Below, in pieces: positions 49,117-63,235 of a stretch of 64,000 nt of DNA. The number at the start of each line of letters is the position of its first letter. The first letter of the stretch is position 1. The notes under the pieces are model-generated. The model worked only from the letters and a program-made list of their open reading frames with translations, was not told where the DNA came from and searched no databases. The translations under genes and the position numbers were made by a program. The stretch lies in NCBI RefSeq assembly GCF_035084215.1, contig NW_027139558.1, positions 62,001 to 126,000 on the forward strand. Reading direction: 5' to 3'. Source of the stretch: Heptranchias perlo (taxonomy: Eukaryota).

Positions 49117-49885
49117 TCATAGAATCAGAGAATGATACAGCACTGGGAGAGGCCATTCGGACCATCGTGCCTGTGCTGGCTCTTTGGACGAGCGATCCAA
49201 TCAGTCCCACTCCCCCTGCTCGTTCCCCCGTAGCCCTGCAAATTTTCCCCCTTCAAGTATTTATCCAATTCCCTTTTGAAAGTTATTATTGAATCTGCTT
49301 CCACCGCCCTTTCAGGCCGTGAATTCCAGATCATCACAACTCGCTGCGTAAAAAAATGTTTCCTCATCTCCCCTCTGGCTCTTTTACCGATTACCGTAAA
49401 TCTGTGTCCTCTGGTTACCTTATTTACTCTATTAAAACCCTTCATGATTTTGAACACCTCGATCAAATCTCCCCTTAACCTTCTCTGCTCTCAGGAGAAC
49501 AACCCCAGTTTCTCCAGTCTCTCCACATCACTGAAGCCCCTCATCCCTGGAACCATTCTAGTAAATCTCTTCTGCACCCTCTCCAAGGCCTTGACATCCT
49601 TCCTAAAGTGTGGGGCCCAGAATTGGTCACAATACTCCAGCTGGGGCCCTAACCAGTGTTTTATAAAGGTTCAGCATAACTTCCTTGCTTTTGTACTCCA
49701 TGCCTCGAGTTATAAAGCCCAGGATCCCGTCTGTCTTTTTAACAGCCTTCTCAACTTGTCCTGCCACCTTCAAAGATTTGTGTACACCCCCCCCCCCAGG
49801 TCTCTCTGTTCCTGCACCCCCTTTAAAATTGGACCATTTAGTTAATGTTGCCTCTCCTCACTCTTCCGACCAAAATGAATCACTC
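49117..49885 (-). mobile_element. CR1 LINE ORF2 C-terminus and 3' UTR
   Basis: IEVFKIMKGF..TRGHRF..FFTQRVVMIWNS..FKRELD. Confidence 0.85.
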
Positions 49886-50823
49886 GCTGGTCAGTCGAGC
49901 TCGGGGCAGCCTTGGGTTGTTCTGGGCAAGACTTCCCAACACGGCCTGACTGAGGTGTGGGGTAAACAGTGAAGGAGGTAACAGGATGGGAAACACAGGG
50001 GAGGGGGGAGGGAGGGAGGGGCATCCAAGGCTGGGGAACACTTTCAGCTCAGAAACAATTTGCTGGATGTGGACCCGGCCCAGTCAGCAAACACTGAGTG
50101 CGGTTTCCATCAATCATTGCTGACGGGGTGAGTTTAGTTCTGGGTGTGTGTCGCTGCGTGTTGCTGATAAGGCCTCGGTCCAAACAGGCTCTTCCACTGT
50201 TTATCTCAAACGGAGCAGCAGACCGGTTCTGTGAGCAAACCCACTGAGCTGTGTTCGGGGGCCGGTCAGTAAAATCAAACGGAGCCCCTCCTGGTTCTGA
50301 GCCCCCTGTACAGCTCTGGAAATCAGGAACAGAGACTGGAGGAGAAACTGTGAGACTGGAATGGGGAACGTTCCACAAAATGATTCAAGTATACAGAGAG
50401 AGAGATTTTATAAATATATATATCAATATATATAGAGAGAGAGATGGAGATAGACAGAGTGGGGGATAGATAGACTGCTGGAGATATAGGACCAATACTA
50501 TAGATGGTGTTACTGGTGTGGGTGTGTTATTCAGACATCTGATGGTGTTACATAGAGAGAGAGAGATGGAGAGAGACAGAAGAGTGTTAGATAGATATCG
50601 AGATAGAGAGATAAATAGATAGACAGACAGACTGCTGCTGGGATTGGACTAATACTGGACATTATTCTGGCCGCACTCCCGAAACCTTCACACATGAATT
50701 TGAATCACTGGAACTTTCTGAAGCCGCTCTTTCCCGGGGCTCTGAGGTATTTCCCACTCCCCGCTAAAGACCCCCGCCCACTGTTGAGTTCGGGACAAAC
50801 CTCCCCCCTCCTCTCCCTTTCCC

Positions 50824-51156
50824 NNNNNNNNNNNNNNNNNNNNNNNNNNNNNNNNNNNNNNNNNNNNNNNNNNNNNNNNNNNNNNNNNNNNNNNNNNNNN
50901 NNNNNNNNNNNNNNNNNNNNNNNNNNNNNNNNNNNNNNNNNNNNNNNNNNNNNNNNNNNNNNNNNNNNNNNNNNNNNNNNNNNNNNNNNNNNNNNNNNNN
51001 NNNNNNNNNNNNNNNNNNNNNNNNNNNNNNNNNNNNNNNNNNNNNNNNNNNNNNNNNNNNNNNNNNNNNNNNNNNNNNNNNNNNNNNNNNNNNNNNNNNN
51101 NNNNNNNNNNNNNNNNNNNNNNNNNNNNNNNNNNNNNNNNNNNNNNNNNNNNNNNN
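50824..51156. other. assembly gap
   Basis: Run of N. Confidence 1.
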
Positions 51157-51751
51157 TTTCCTGTTGGGGTTTGAAGGCCGAGCTCGCGAAGCCCGTCCTT
51201 CACTCACCTTCACTCACTCGGGCTCCTCCGTCCCGCAGTTGAACACCTTTTAAAATCACCTCAATCCATCAGAAAAAGGGAGGAGGGGAAAAGCAGAGTG
51301 GGTTTGAGGGGGAGAGGCCCCCCTTCACCCCCTCCCCTGTCCCACCCTCACCCCCTCCCCTGTCCCACCCCACCCCCTCATTAAATAAAAAGGAGCAGAA
51401 ACAGGAAGGCTGAGAAAGAAAGAAAGAGCTGAGAAAAAGATGAGAAGCAGGTCAGTGGTTTGGGCCCAGAGTTGTGTGGTGACAAGTGGCCCTGGGGTTT
51501 TTACCCAAGACAGGCCTCAGGCCCAAGTCATTGGCTCCACATGTTGAGGCAATGGTGCAGGCCGAGAGGTGCCCGGTATCGGGGAGCAGCAGCAGCAGGG
51601 AATCAAATCTCAGGCTCAGTAAGTACGGCCATCGTTTCTCTTCATCCATTTCGATTAGAATAACATTTCGCTGAATGTGGCCCAGGTCAAGTGAGGGGAT
51701 CTCGGATCAGAGCCCGTCACAGGGAATGAGATCAACTCCCCTCCTTTATAC

Positions 51752-53445
51752 AGTGTTACTAGTGTGGGTGTGATACACGGACACCTGGTGCTGTTACTGC
51801 TGCAGGTATAGTACTAATACTTCACATGGTGTTACTCGTGTGGGTGTGATACACGTACACCTGGTGCTGTTACTGCTGCAGGTATAGTACTAATACTTCA
51901 CATGGTGTTACTAGTGTGGGTGTGATACACGGACACCTGGTGCTGTTACTGCTGCAGGTATAGTACTAATACTTCACATGGTGTTACTAGTGTGGGTGTG
52001 ATACACGTACACCTGGTGCTGTTACTGCTGCAGGTATAGTACTAATACTTCACATGGTGTTACTAGTGTGGGTGTGATACACGGACACCTGGTGCTGTTA
52101 CTGCTGCAGGTATAGTACTAATACTTCACATGGTGTTACTAGTGTGGGTGTGATACACGTACACCCGGTGCTGTTACTGCTGCAGGTATAGTACTAATAC
52201 TTCACATGGTGTTTAGTGTGGGTGTGATACACGTACACCTGGTGCTGTTACTGCTGCAGGTATAGTACTAATATTTCACATGGTGTTACTAGTGTGGGTG
52301 TGATACACGTACACCTGGTGCTGTTACTGCCGCAGGTATAGTACTAATACTTCACATGGTGTTACTGGTCTGGGTGTGATATACGTTCACCTGGTGCTGT
52401 TACTGCTGCAGGTATAGTACTAATACTTCACATGGTGTTACTAGTGTGGGTGTGATACACGTACACCTGGTGCTGTTACTGCTGCAGGTATAGTACTAAT
52501 ACTTCACATGGTGTTACCAGTGTGGGTGTGATACACGGACACCCGGTGCTGTTACTGCTGCAGGTATATTACTAATACTTCACATGGTGTTACTAGTGCG
52601 GGTGTGATACACGTACACCCGGTGCTGTTACTGCTGCAGGTATAGTACTAATACTTCACATGGTGTTACTCGTGTGGGTGTGATACACGTACACCTGGTG
52701 CTGTTACTGCTGCAGGTATAGTACTAATACTTCACATGGTGTTACTCGTGTGGGTGTGATACACGTACACCCGGTGCTGTTACTGCTGCAGGTATAGTAC
52801 TAATACTTCACATGGTGTTACTCGTGTGGGTGTGATACACGTACACCTGGTGCTGTTACTGCTGCAGGTATAGTACGAATACTTCACATGGTGTTACTAG
52901 TGTGGGTGTGATACACGTACACCCGGTGCTGTTACTGCTGCAGGTATAGTACTAATACTTCACATGGTGTTACTCGTGTGGGTGTGATACACGTACACCT
53001 GGTGCTGTTACTGCTGCAGGTATAGTACTAATACTTCACATGCTGTTACTAGTGTGGGTGTGATACTCGTACACCCGGTGCTGTTACTGCTGCAGGTATA
53101 GTACTAATACTTCACATGGTGTTTAGTGTGGGTGTGATACACGTACACCTGGTGCTGTTACTGCTGCAGGTATAGTACTAATATTTCACATGGTGTTACT
53201 TGTGTGGGTGTGATACACGTACACCTGGTGCTGTTACTGCTGCAGGTATAGTACTAATACTTCACATGGTGTTACTGGTCTGGGTGTGATATACGTGCAC
53301 CTGGTGCTGTTACTGCTGCAGGTATATTACTAATACTTCACATGGTGTTACGAGTGTGGGTGTGATACACGTACACCTGGTGCTGTTACTGCTGCAGGTA
53401 TAGTACTAATACTTTAGATGGTGTTTAGTGCGGGTGTGTTATTCT
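51752..53445. repeat. 76-bp minisatellite (~22 copies)
   Basis: Unit ggtgttactagtgtgggtgtgatacacgtacacctggtgctgttactgctgcaggtatagtactaatacttcacat. Confidence 0.95.
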
Positions 53446-56400
53446 GACATCTGATGGTGTTCCTGACGGTGTTTCACTCCTACACTAGATGGCATTATTG
53501 GGACATGTCGTCCTGCCAATGGAAACAGTCTATTGACGGTGACCTTGCCTGTTCATTTGATCATTTTGAACACCTCGATCACATATCCTGGGTTCCAATT
53601 CGAGTCTGACATCGATCCCATCTCAGGTTCAGGGTCTCCACTCCCGTTAAGCAGTCTTGGAATCTTAATATTGAGGCAGTTGATTCCCGCTGCCCTGGAT
53701 CGACTCGTCCCACAGTGAGACCCGGGGATGGAACAGTGATCTCCCCCTTGTGATCCCCACCCCACACTCATGTCTTCTGCGCCTGGATCTCCTGAGCCTG
53801 GGCTCAGTGGGGATCACTCTCGCCTCAGAGTCAGAAAGGTCATGGGTTCAAACCCCATTCCAGAGACTTGAGCCCATAATCCCAGCTGACACTCACTGAG
53901 GGAGAGCTGCACTGTCGGAGGTGCCGTCCTTCGGGTGAGACGTTAAACCGAGGCCCCGCCTGCCCTCTCAGGTGGGTGGAAAAGATCCCATGGGACCATT
54001 TCGAAGAAGAGCTGGGAAGTTCTCCCCGGTGTCCAGGGCCAATATTTATCCCTCAACCAACATCATTAAATAACAAATTATCTGGTCATTTTATCTCATT
54101 GCTGTTTGTGGGATCTTGCTGTGCGCAAATTGGCTCCCGCCTTTCCTACATTACAACAGTGACTGCACTTCAGAAAATCCTGAATTGTCTGTAAAGCTCT
54201 TTGGGAGGTCCTGAGGTTTGTAAAAGGCTCTGTATGAAGGAAAGTTCCCGGGAGTTACTGTGAGAGGAGGTGAACTTTGGTTCGATTTGTTTGCTGCTTT
54301 ATTCCAAAGCCGGGTGAGATGTTCAGAACAACAGGGACAATCAGAGTCACTTCATTCAATCAGTCCAGCTCACATTCGAGTGATGAAAGGGTCTCGAGAA
54401 TCCACTGTCCTCCCACCACCTGGGAGGGGAATCTTGATCCAAACAGAATAACTCCTCTGCAGAACCTCTCTCTCTGCAGTTCCCCCGTCTTCACTGAACC
54501 TTCGAGCAGCACTCGGCTGCCCGCCTGACTGGGCAGCCTTCTGTTTCCAAAAGCCTGACTGCCTCTCTTGGTGTCTGCGTCCCGCTCCTAAAAGCTCTGT
54601 GTTAAAAGACCCCCCTCTCGCAGACTGACAGAGATCAAAGGGTTTTCGAACACAATGTGGGGAGAGGCGTCTTTCCCAAAACCCAGACAAATGAAACACT
54701 TATTGTCTGGTCTCTGGGAGAGACAACTCCCGATCAGCAAATTACCCACCGGCCGTCTAGGAGTCTCTGTTTCTTTGATTAATTCTCGGGGTGTGGGGCA
54801 CCGCTGGGCAAGGCCGGCATTTATTGCCCGTCTCGAGTTGCCCTGAGAAGGTGGGGGTGGGCCTTCATCTTGAACCGCTGGTCGTGGTTTCATGCAAATT
54901 AATATCTTGCTCGTTCACTTCAGAGGGCAGCTAAGAGTCAACCAGGTTGGTGTGGGACTGGAGTCACGTATAGGCCGGACTGGGGAAGGACGGCAGGTTC
55001 CCCACAGGTAGTTCCTGAAGCAGTTGGGTCTTTACGATGATCCGACAGCTCCACGGTCACTTTTCCTGATCCAAACTTTTTATTTCCAGATTTATTCCGG
55101 GTTCTACCATCGGGGCCGTCTCCACCTGTCCCTCAGCCGTCTAGACCAGGGAACCGCACCCATGGAATGACATAACATGTCCCCGTCTGTCTGTGCACCA
55201 TGTGGGCTCCCATGTCTCCTCTCCCTTGAGCAGGTAAGACACATAAAGCTGGTTCCTCCTGCATGCTTTTGGGGGCAGGCCTCAGGGCCCAAACCCCCTG
55301 TTACCCCCTGGGGATCTTAACCCACCCTCTCTGAATATGGAGCCTTTTTAAATTCAGCTCTCCCTCTCTCTGAGCCCTCAGGCGGGGCTGGGAGTTTGCC
55401 CCTCCTCCTTGGTTTGTCCGTCCCGAGCTGGAATCTCAAGGTCGAGGGGGAAATGGTGAATCTTTATAAACCGACAGTAAGACCACAGTCGGAGCACTGT
55501 GTGCAGTGTGGGGATCCACACTGTGTTGAGGCAATCGAGACGGTGCAGCAAACATTCATTAAGATGCTGCCTGGTGTGAAAATAAAAACAAGAACAAAGC
55601 TGTTTCCCCTCACGGTCTCTCCGATTCCCCTCACGGTCTCTCTGATTCCCCTCGCGGTCTCTCCGTTTCCCCTCACGGTCTCTCTGATTCCCCTTGCGGT
55701 CTCTCCGTTTCCCCTCACGGTCTCTCTGATTCCCCTCGCGGTCTCTCCGTTTCCCCTCACGGTCTCTCCGATTCCCCTCACGGTGTCTCCGATTCCCCTC
55801 GCGGTCTCTCCGTTTCCCCTCACGGTCTCTCTGATTCCCCTCACGGTGTCTCCGATTCCTCTCACGGTCTCTCTGATTCCCCTCACGGTCTCTCTGATTC
55901 CCCTCACGGTCTCTCTGATTCGCCTCACGGTCTCTCCGATTCCCCTCATAGAATCATTGAATGGTTACAGCACAGAAGGAGGCCATTCTGCCCATCCAGC
56001 CCGTGCTGGCTCTTTGTAAGACCAATCCAGTTGGTCCCATTCCCCCGCCCTTTCCCCGTGAGTTTACAAATCGATCCCAAGTTCCCCTCCTCTTCCTGTA
56101 ACTGGCAGTAACTTCCATTCATACAGTGCCTTTCACAACCTCAGGACCAAAGTGATTTACAGACAATTAATTACTTTTTGAAGTGTAATCACTGTTGTCA
56201 TGTGGGAAACGCGGCCGCCATGTTATGCACAGCAAGATCCCACAAACAGCAATGAGATAAAATGATCAGATAATCTATTTTAATGATATTGGTTCAGGGA
56301 TAAATATTGGCCCAGGACACCGGGGAGAACTCCCCTGCTCTTCTTCCAATAGTGGCCGTGGGATCTTTTCTATCCACCGGAGAGGGGCAGACAGGGCCTC

Positions 56401-56911
56401 GGTTTAACGTCCCATCCGAAAGACGGCACCTCCGGCAGTGCAGCACTCCCTCAGCACTGCACCGAAGTGTCAGCCTAGATTAGGGCCTCAAGTCTCTGGA
56501 GTGGGCCTTGAACCCACGACCTTGTGACTCAGAGGTGAGAGTGATCCCCACTGAGCCCAGGCTGAGAGGCCCAGGTGGAAAAGACATGAGTGTGGGGTGG
56601 GGATCACAAGGGGGAGATCACAGTTCCATCCCCGGGTCTCACTGTGGGACGAGTCGATCCAGGGCAGCGGGAATCAACTGCCTTAATATTAAGATTCCCA
56701 GACTGCTTAACGGGAGTGGAGACCCTGAACCTGAGATGGGATCGATGTCAGACTCGAATTGGAACCCAGGATATGTGATCGAGGTGTTCAAAATGATCAA
56801 ATGAACAGGCAAGGTCACCGTCAATAGACTGTTTCCATTGGCAGGACTACATGTCCCAATAATGGCATCTAGTGTAGGAGTGAAACACCGTCAGGAACAC
56901 CATCAGATGTC
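53446..56911. repeat. inverted duplication, arms ~53446-53835 and ~56525-56911, each continuing inward into a Deu-SINE
   Basis: Identical 61-aa translations at 53533(+) and 56639(-). Arm sequences are near-identical by eye. Confidence 0.88.
55605..55947. repeat. 21-bp minisatellite
   Basis: Unit cccctcacggtctctccgatt. Confidence 0.9.
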
Positions 56912-57159
56912 GGAATTTATTTTAATATTTCAAAATATACTTTATTTCATCAAATTTAAAGACACCACAATTCCAAGGCCACACATTTCAAAACAATACA
57001 ACACGGATCGTAAACAATACGATTCCAAATATTACAATTTAAAAACACAGAGCACATCTCCGAATACATTCTGTACGATACAGGGTGGGGTGGCCTCACA
57101 CGGTGGACTCTCCCCATACAGCCATTGTGTTGGCCGCATTAGTAACACCATGCAAAGAA

Positions 57160-57388
57160 GGGACTGAGAGACACCAGTCAGTGTACAGATATCATCCTGA
57201 GAGAGAGAGGGACTGAGAGACACCAGTCAGTGTACAGATATCATCCTGAGAGAGAGGGACTGAGAGACACCAGTCAGTGTACAGATATCACCCTGAGGGA
57301 GAGGGACTGAGAGACACCAGTCAGTGTACAGATATCACCCTGAGAGAGAGGGACTGAGAGACACCAGTCAGTGTACAGATATCTCCCT
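57160..57388. repeat. ~47-bp minisatellite (5 copies)
   Basis: Unit gggactgagagacaccagtcagtgtacagatatcaccctgagagaga. Confidence 0.9.
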
Positions 57389-57401
57389 GTTCACAGAATT
57401 G

Positions 57402-60400
57402 ATACCAGATCTCGACCAGTAATACTGTCAGGATTAGAAATACCAGATGTAGACCAGTAACACTGTCAGGATTAGAAATACCAGATCGAGACCAGTAACA
57501 CTGTCAGGATTAGAAATACCAGATCCAGACCAGTAAAACTGTCAGGATTAGAAATACCAGATCTAGACCAGTAACACTGTCAGGATTAGAAATACCAGAT
57601 CTAGACCAGTAACACTGTCAGGATTAGAAATACCAGATCTAGACCAGTAACACTGTCAGGATTAGAAATACCAGATCTAGACCAGTCATACTGTCAGGAT
57701 TAGAAATACCAGATCTAGACCAGTGACACTGTCAGGATTAGAAATACCAGATCTGGACCAGTAATACTGTCAGGATTAGAAATACCAGATCTGGACCAGT
57801 AATACTGTCAGGATTAGAAATACCAGATCTAGACCAGTAATACTGTCAGGATTAGAAATACCAGATCTCGACCAGTAACACTGTCAGGATTAGAAATACC
57901 AGATCTAGACCAGTAATACTGTCAGGATTAGAAATACCAGATCTGGACCAGTAACACTGTCAGGATTAGAAATACCAGATCTAGACCAGTAATACTGTCA
58001 GGATTAGAAATACCAGATCTGGACCAGTAATACTGTCAGGATTAGAAATACCAGATCTGGACCAGTAACACTGTCAGGATTAGAAATACCAGATCTAGAC
58101 CAGTAATACTGTCAGGATTAGAAATACCAGATCTAGACCAGTAATACTGTCAGGATTCGAAATACCAGATCTAGACCAGTCATACTATCAGGATTAGAAA
58201 TACCAGATCAAGACCAGTAACACTGTCAGGATTAGAAATACCAGATCTCGAACAGTAACACTGTCAGTATTAGAAATGCCAGATCTAGACCAGTAATACT
58301 GTCAGGATTAGAAATACCAGATCTAGACCAGTAATACTGTCAGGATTAGAAATACCAGATCTAGACCAGTAACACTGTCAGGATTAGAAATACCAGATCG
58401 AGACCAGTAACACTGTCAGGATTAGAAATACCAGATCTAGACCAGTAATACTGTCAGGATTAGAAATACCAGATCTGGACCAGTAATACTGTCAGGATTA
58501 GAAATACCAGATCGAGACCAGTAATACTGTCAGGATTAGAAATACCAGATCTCGACCAGTAATACTGTCAGGATTAGAAATACCAGATCTGGACCAGTAA
58601 CACTGTCAGGATTAGAAATACCAGATCTAGACCAGTAACACTGTCAGGATTAGAAATACCAGATCTAGACCAGTAATACAGTCAGGATTGGAAATACCAG
58701 ATCTAGACCAGTAATACTGTCAGGATTGGAAATACCAGATCTAGACCAGTAACACTGTCAGGATTATAAATACCAGATCTGGACCAGTAATACTGTCAGG
58801 ATTAGAAATACCAGATCTAGACCAGTAACACTGTCAGGATTGGAAATACCAGATCTAGACCAGTAATACTGTCAGGATTAGAAATACCAGATCTCGACCA
58901 GTAACACTGTCAGGATTAGAAATACCAGATCTGGACCAGTAACACTGTCAGGATTAGAAATACCAGATCTAGACCAGTAACACTGTCAGGATTAGAAATA
59001 CCAGATCTAGACCAGTGACACTGTCAGGATTCGAAATACCAGATCTGGACCAGTAATACTGTCAGGATTAGAAATACCAGATCTGGACCAGTAATACTGT
59101 CAGGATTAGAAATACCAGATCTCGACCAGTAACACTGTCAGGATTAGAAATACCAGATCTAGACCAGTAATACTGTCAGGATTAGAAATACCAGATCTGG
59201 ACCAGTAATACTGTCAGGATTAGAAATACCAGATCTAGACCAGTAATACTGTCAGGATTAGAAATACCAGATCTCGACCAGTAACACTGTCAGTATTAGA
59301 AATACCAGATCTGGACCAGTAATACTGTCAGGATTAGAAATACAAGATCTAGACCAGTAATACTGTCAGGATTAGAAATACCAGATCTGGACCAGTCATA
59401 CTGTCAGGATTAGAAATACCAGATCTAGACCAGTAACACTGTCAGGATTGGAAATACCAGATCTAGACCAGTCATACTGTCAGGATTAGAAATACCAGAT
59501 CTGGACCAGTAATACTGTCAGGATTAGATATACCAGATCTAGACCAGTAATACTGTCAGGATTAGAAATACCAGATCTAGACCAGTAATACTGTCAGGAT
59601 TAGAAATACCAGATCTAGACCAGCGACACTGTCAGGATTAGAAATACCAGATCTAGACCAGTAATACTGTCAGGATTAGAAATCCCAGATCTAGACCAGT
59701 AATACTGTCAGGATTAGATATACTAGATCTGGACCAGTAACACTGTCAGGATTAGAAATACCAGATCTAGACCAGTAATACTGTCAGGATTAGAAATACC
59801 AGATCTAGACCAGTAATACTGTCAGGATTAGAAATACCAGATCTGGACCAGTAACACTGTCAGGATTAGAAATACCAGATCTAGACCAGTGACACTGTCA
59901 GGATTAGAAATACCAGATCTCGACCAGTCATACTGTCAGGATTAGAAATACCAGATCTCGACCAGTAATACTGTCAGGATTAGAAATACCAGATCTAGAC
60001 CAGTAATACTGTCAGGATTAGCAATACCAGATCTAGACCAGTGACACTGTCAGGATTAGAAATACCAGATCTGGACCAGTCATACTGTCAGGATTAGAAA
60101 TACCAGATCTAGACCAGTCATACTGTCAGGATTAGAAATACCAGATCTAGACCAGTAATACTGTCAGGATTAGCAATACCAGATCTAGACCAGTGACACT
60201 GTCAGGATTAGAAATACCAGATCTAGACCAGTGACACTGTCAGGATTAGAAATACCAGATCTGGACCAGTAATACTGTCAGGATTAGAAATACCAGATCT
60301 GGACCAGTAATACTGTCAGGATTAGAAATACCAGATCTAGACCAGTAATACTGTCAGGATTAGAAATACCAGATCTAGACCAGTGACACTGTCAGGATTA

Positions 60401-62170
60401 GAAATACCAGATCTAGACCAGTAATACTGTCAGGATTAGAAATACCAGATCTAGACCAGTAATACTGTCAGGATTAGAAATACCAGATCTAGACCAGTAA
60501 TACTGTCAGGATTAGAAATACCAGATCTAGACCAGTAATACTGTCAGGATTAGAAATACCAGATCTAGACCAGTGACACTGTCAGGATTAGAAATACCAG
60601 ATCTAGACCAGTAATACTGTCAGGATTAGAAATACCAGATCTAGACCAGTAATACTGTCAGGATTAGAAATACCAGATCTAGACCAGTAATACTGTCAGG
60701 ATTAGAAATACCAGATCTAGACCAGTAATACTGTCAGGATTAGAAATACCAGATCTAGACCAGTGACACTGTCAGGATTAGAAATACCAGATCTAGACCA
60801 GTAATACTGTCAGGATTAGAAATACCAGATCTGGACCAGTGACACTGTCAGGATTAGAAATACCAGATCTGGACCAGTAATACTGTCAGGATTAGAAATA
60901 CCAGATCTGGACCAGTAATACTGTCAGGATTAGAAATACCAGATCTCGACCAGTAATACTGTCAGGATTAGAAATACCAGATCTAGACCAGTGACACTGT
61001 CAGGATCAGAAATACCAGATGTAGACCAGTAATACTGTCAGGATTAGAAATACCAGATCTAGACCAGTAATACTGTCAGGATTAGAAATACCAGATCTAG
61101 ACCAGTGACACTGTCAGGATTAGAAATACCAGATCTAGACCAGTAATACTGTCAGGATTAGAAATACCAGATCTAGACCAGTAATACTGTCAGGATTAGA
61201 AATACCAGATCTAGACCAGTAATACTGTCAGGATTAGAAATACCAGATCTAGACCAGTAATACTGTCAGGATTAGAAATACCAGATCTAGACCAGTGACA
61301 CTGTCAGGATTAGAAATACCAGATCTAGACCAGTAATACTGTCAGGATTAGAAATACCAGATCGAGACCAGTAATACTGTCAGGATTAGAAATACCAGAT
61401 CTAGACCAGTAATACTGTCAGGATTAGAAATACCAGATCTAGACCAGTAATACTGTCAGGATTAGAAATACCAGATCTGGACCAGTGACACTGTCAGGAT
61501 TAGAAATACCAGATCTAGACCAGTCATACTGTCAGGATTAGAAATACCAGATCTGGACCAGTAATACTGTCAGGATTAGAAATACCAGATCTAGACCAGT
61601 AATACTGTCAGGATTAGAAATACCAGATCTAGACCAGTAATACTGTCAGGATTAGAAATACCAGATCTAGACCAGTAATACTGTCAGGATTAGAAATACC
61701 AGATCTCGACCAGTAATACTGTCAGGATTAGAAATACCAGATCTGGACCAGTAACACGGTCAGGATTAGAAATACCAGATCTGGACCGGTAATACTGTCA
61801 GGATTAGAAATACCAGATCTAGACCAGTAACACTGTCAGGATTAGAAATACCAGATCTAGACCAGTAATACTGTCAGGATTAGAAATACCAGATCTCGAC
61901 CAGTAATACTGTCAGGATTAGAAATACCAGATCTAGACCAGTAATACTGTCAGGATTAGAAATACCAGATCTAGACCAGTAATACTGTCAGGATTAGAAA
62001 TACCAGATCTAGACCAGTAATACTGTCAGGATTAGAAATACCAGATCTCGACCAGTAATACTGTCAGGATTAGAAATACCAGATCTGGACCAGTAACACG
62101 GTCAGGATTAGAAATACCAGATCTGGACCGGTAATACTGTCAGGATTAGAAATACCAGATCTCGACCAGT
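57402..62170. repeat. 38-bp satellite (~125 copies)
   Basis: Unit ccagtaatactgtcaggattagaaataccagatctaga. Confidence 0.97.
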
Positions 62171-62174
62171 TCGG

Positions 62175-62430
62175 AGACAAACTAGAGAAAGATGTGAGTT
62201 CAGGGCTTGGGCAGGGGGGATCCTTCGGGGAAGTTTCGCTCGGTGGGCGAGGGGAAGGGAGGGAAGTGGCAGAGGCAGCTGAACGGACGGTCTCAATCTT
62301 AGTGACAAAGTCGTCCATGAGCCCCTCGGACTTGTCGTTGGAGGTGAGGGTGGAGGGGGCAGGGGAGAGGGGTTTAAGGAGATGGTTTGTGGTGGGGAAG
62401 AGAAGCCGGGGATTATCTTTGTATTCCTCG
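62175..62430 (-). mobile_element. L2-like ORF2 fragment
   Basis: KDNPRLLFPTTNHLLKP..FVTKIETVRS. Confidence 0.6.
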
Positions 62431-62628
62431 ATCTTTAATCCAGATCTTATTTTTGCCGCCAATCTGCCGCCTGATCTATAAATAAATCCCTTTAAGAGAA
62501 TTGAATTCGCTGCTGGGGGCGGGGACAGGAAGCTGTGCCCCTGGTTTCTGTGGGTGGGGCCACTGTTCAATCCGTGGGCCCCTCACTCCCTCACTCACTC
62601 ACTCACTCCCTCCCTCCCTCCACTTCCC

Positions 62629-62636
62629 TATTTAAA
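62629..62636 (+). promoter_or_regulatory. TATA-like box of VH promoter
   Basis: TATTTAAA ~95 bp upstream of the leader ATG. No ATGCAAAT octamer seen nearby. Confidence 0.55.
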
Positions 62637-62726
62637 CAGCACTGAGTTCAGCTCCAAACAAAGCCCTGAAGCAGCCGATTGCTGCTGTTTTGCGGAGTGT
62701 CTGAGTCTCGGTGAATACACAGGGCG

Positions 62727-62772
62727 ATGGAGATTGTTTCTTATCTCTGTGTCCTTCTGGCCTGTCTAACAT
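62727..62772 (+). CDS. IgH leader exon
   Basis: ATG, then MEIVSYLCVLLACLT+T|gtgagt. 46 bp, phase 1, followed by a 123-bp intron to V. Confidence 0.88.
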
Positions 62773-62895
62773 GTGAGTGTCCCCGTCGCCTTATTCCCAC
62801 TCAGTGCGGCTGATTATTCCCAGTCTCTTTGACCCGCGGTTTGTTCAATTGGTTTATTAAAGTGCGCTCTCTTTTATTTCTCTCTTTATTAACAG

Positions 62896-63196
62896 GCGTC
62901 CGGTCCGTCATCGTGCTGACCCAGCCTGAGTCAGTGGTGAAAAAGCCCGGGGAGTCTCACAAACTCTCCTGTACAGTGAGTGGGTTCGATATCAACAGCT
63001 ACTACATGGACTGGGTTAAACAGGTCCCTGGGAAGGGGCTGGAGTGGTTAGTTTCTTATGCTAACCCGTCAAGCACAGATTATTACGCGCCTGGAGTCCA
63101 AAACCGATTCACGGCTTCCAAGGACAGCAAAACGTTTTATCTACAAATGACCAATCTGAGAGCTGAGGACACCGCCATCTATTACTGTGCGAGAGA
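62896..63196 (+). CDS. germline VH segment, IgW-type
   Basis: aacag acceptor. [52 protein letters not shown], with both Cys and Trp intact and no stops. Confidence 0.93.
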
Positions 63197-63235
63197 CACA
63201 GTGAGAGGAACCAGGGCTGGGCTGCTACAAGAACT
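63197..63235 (+). other. V recombination signal sequence (23-RSS)
   Basis: CACAGTG (63197-63203), 23-nt spacer, ACAAGAACT. Confidence 0.9.

Noticed and set aside
54892-54899. Octamer ATGCAAAT
   Set aside because: Lies within a SINE copy ~7.8 kb from the VH leader.
57402-62170. CRISPR-like arrays (35-47-bp repeats)
   Set aside because: Head-to-tail units without unique spacers, no cas genes, and vertebrate context.
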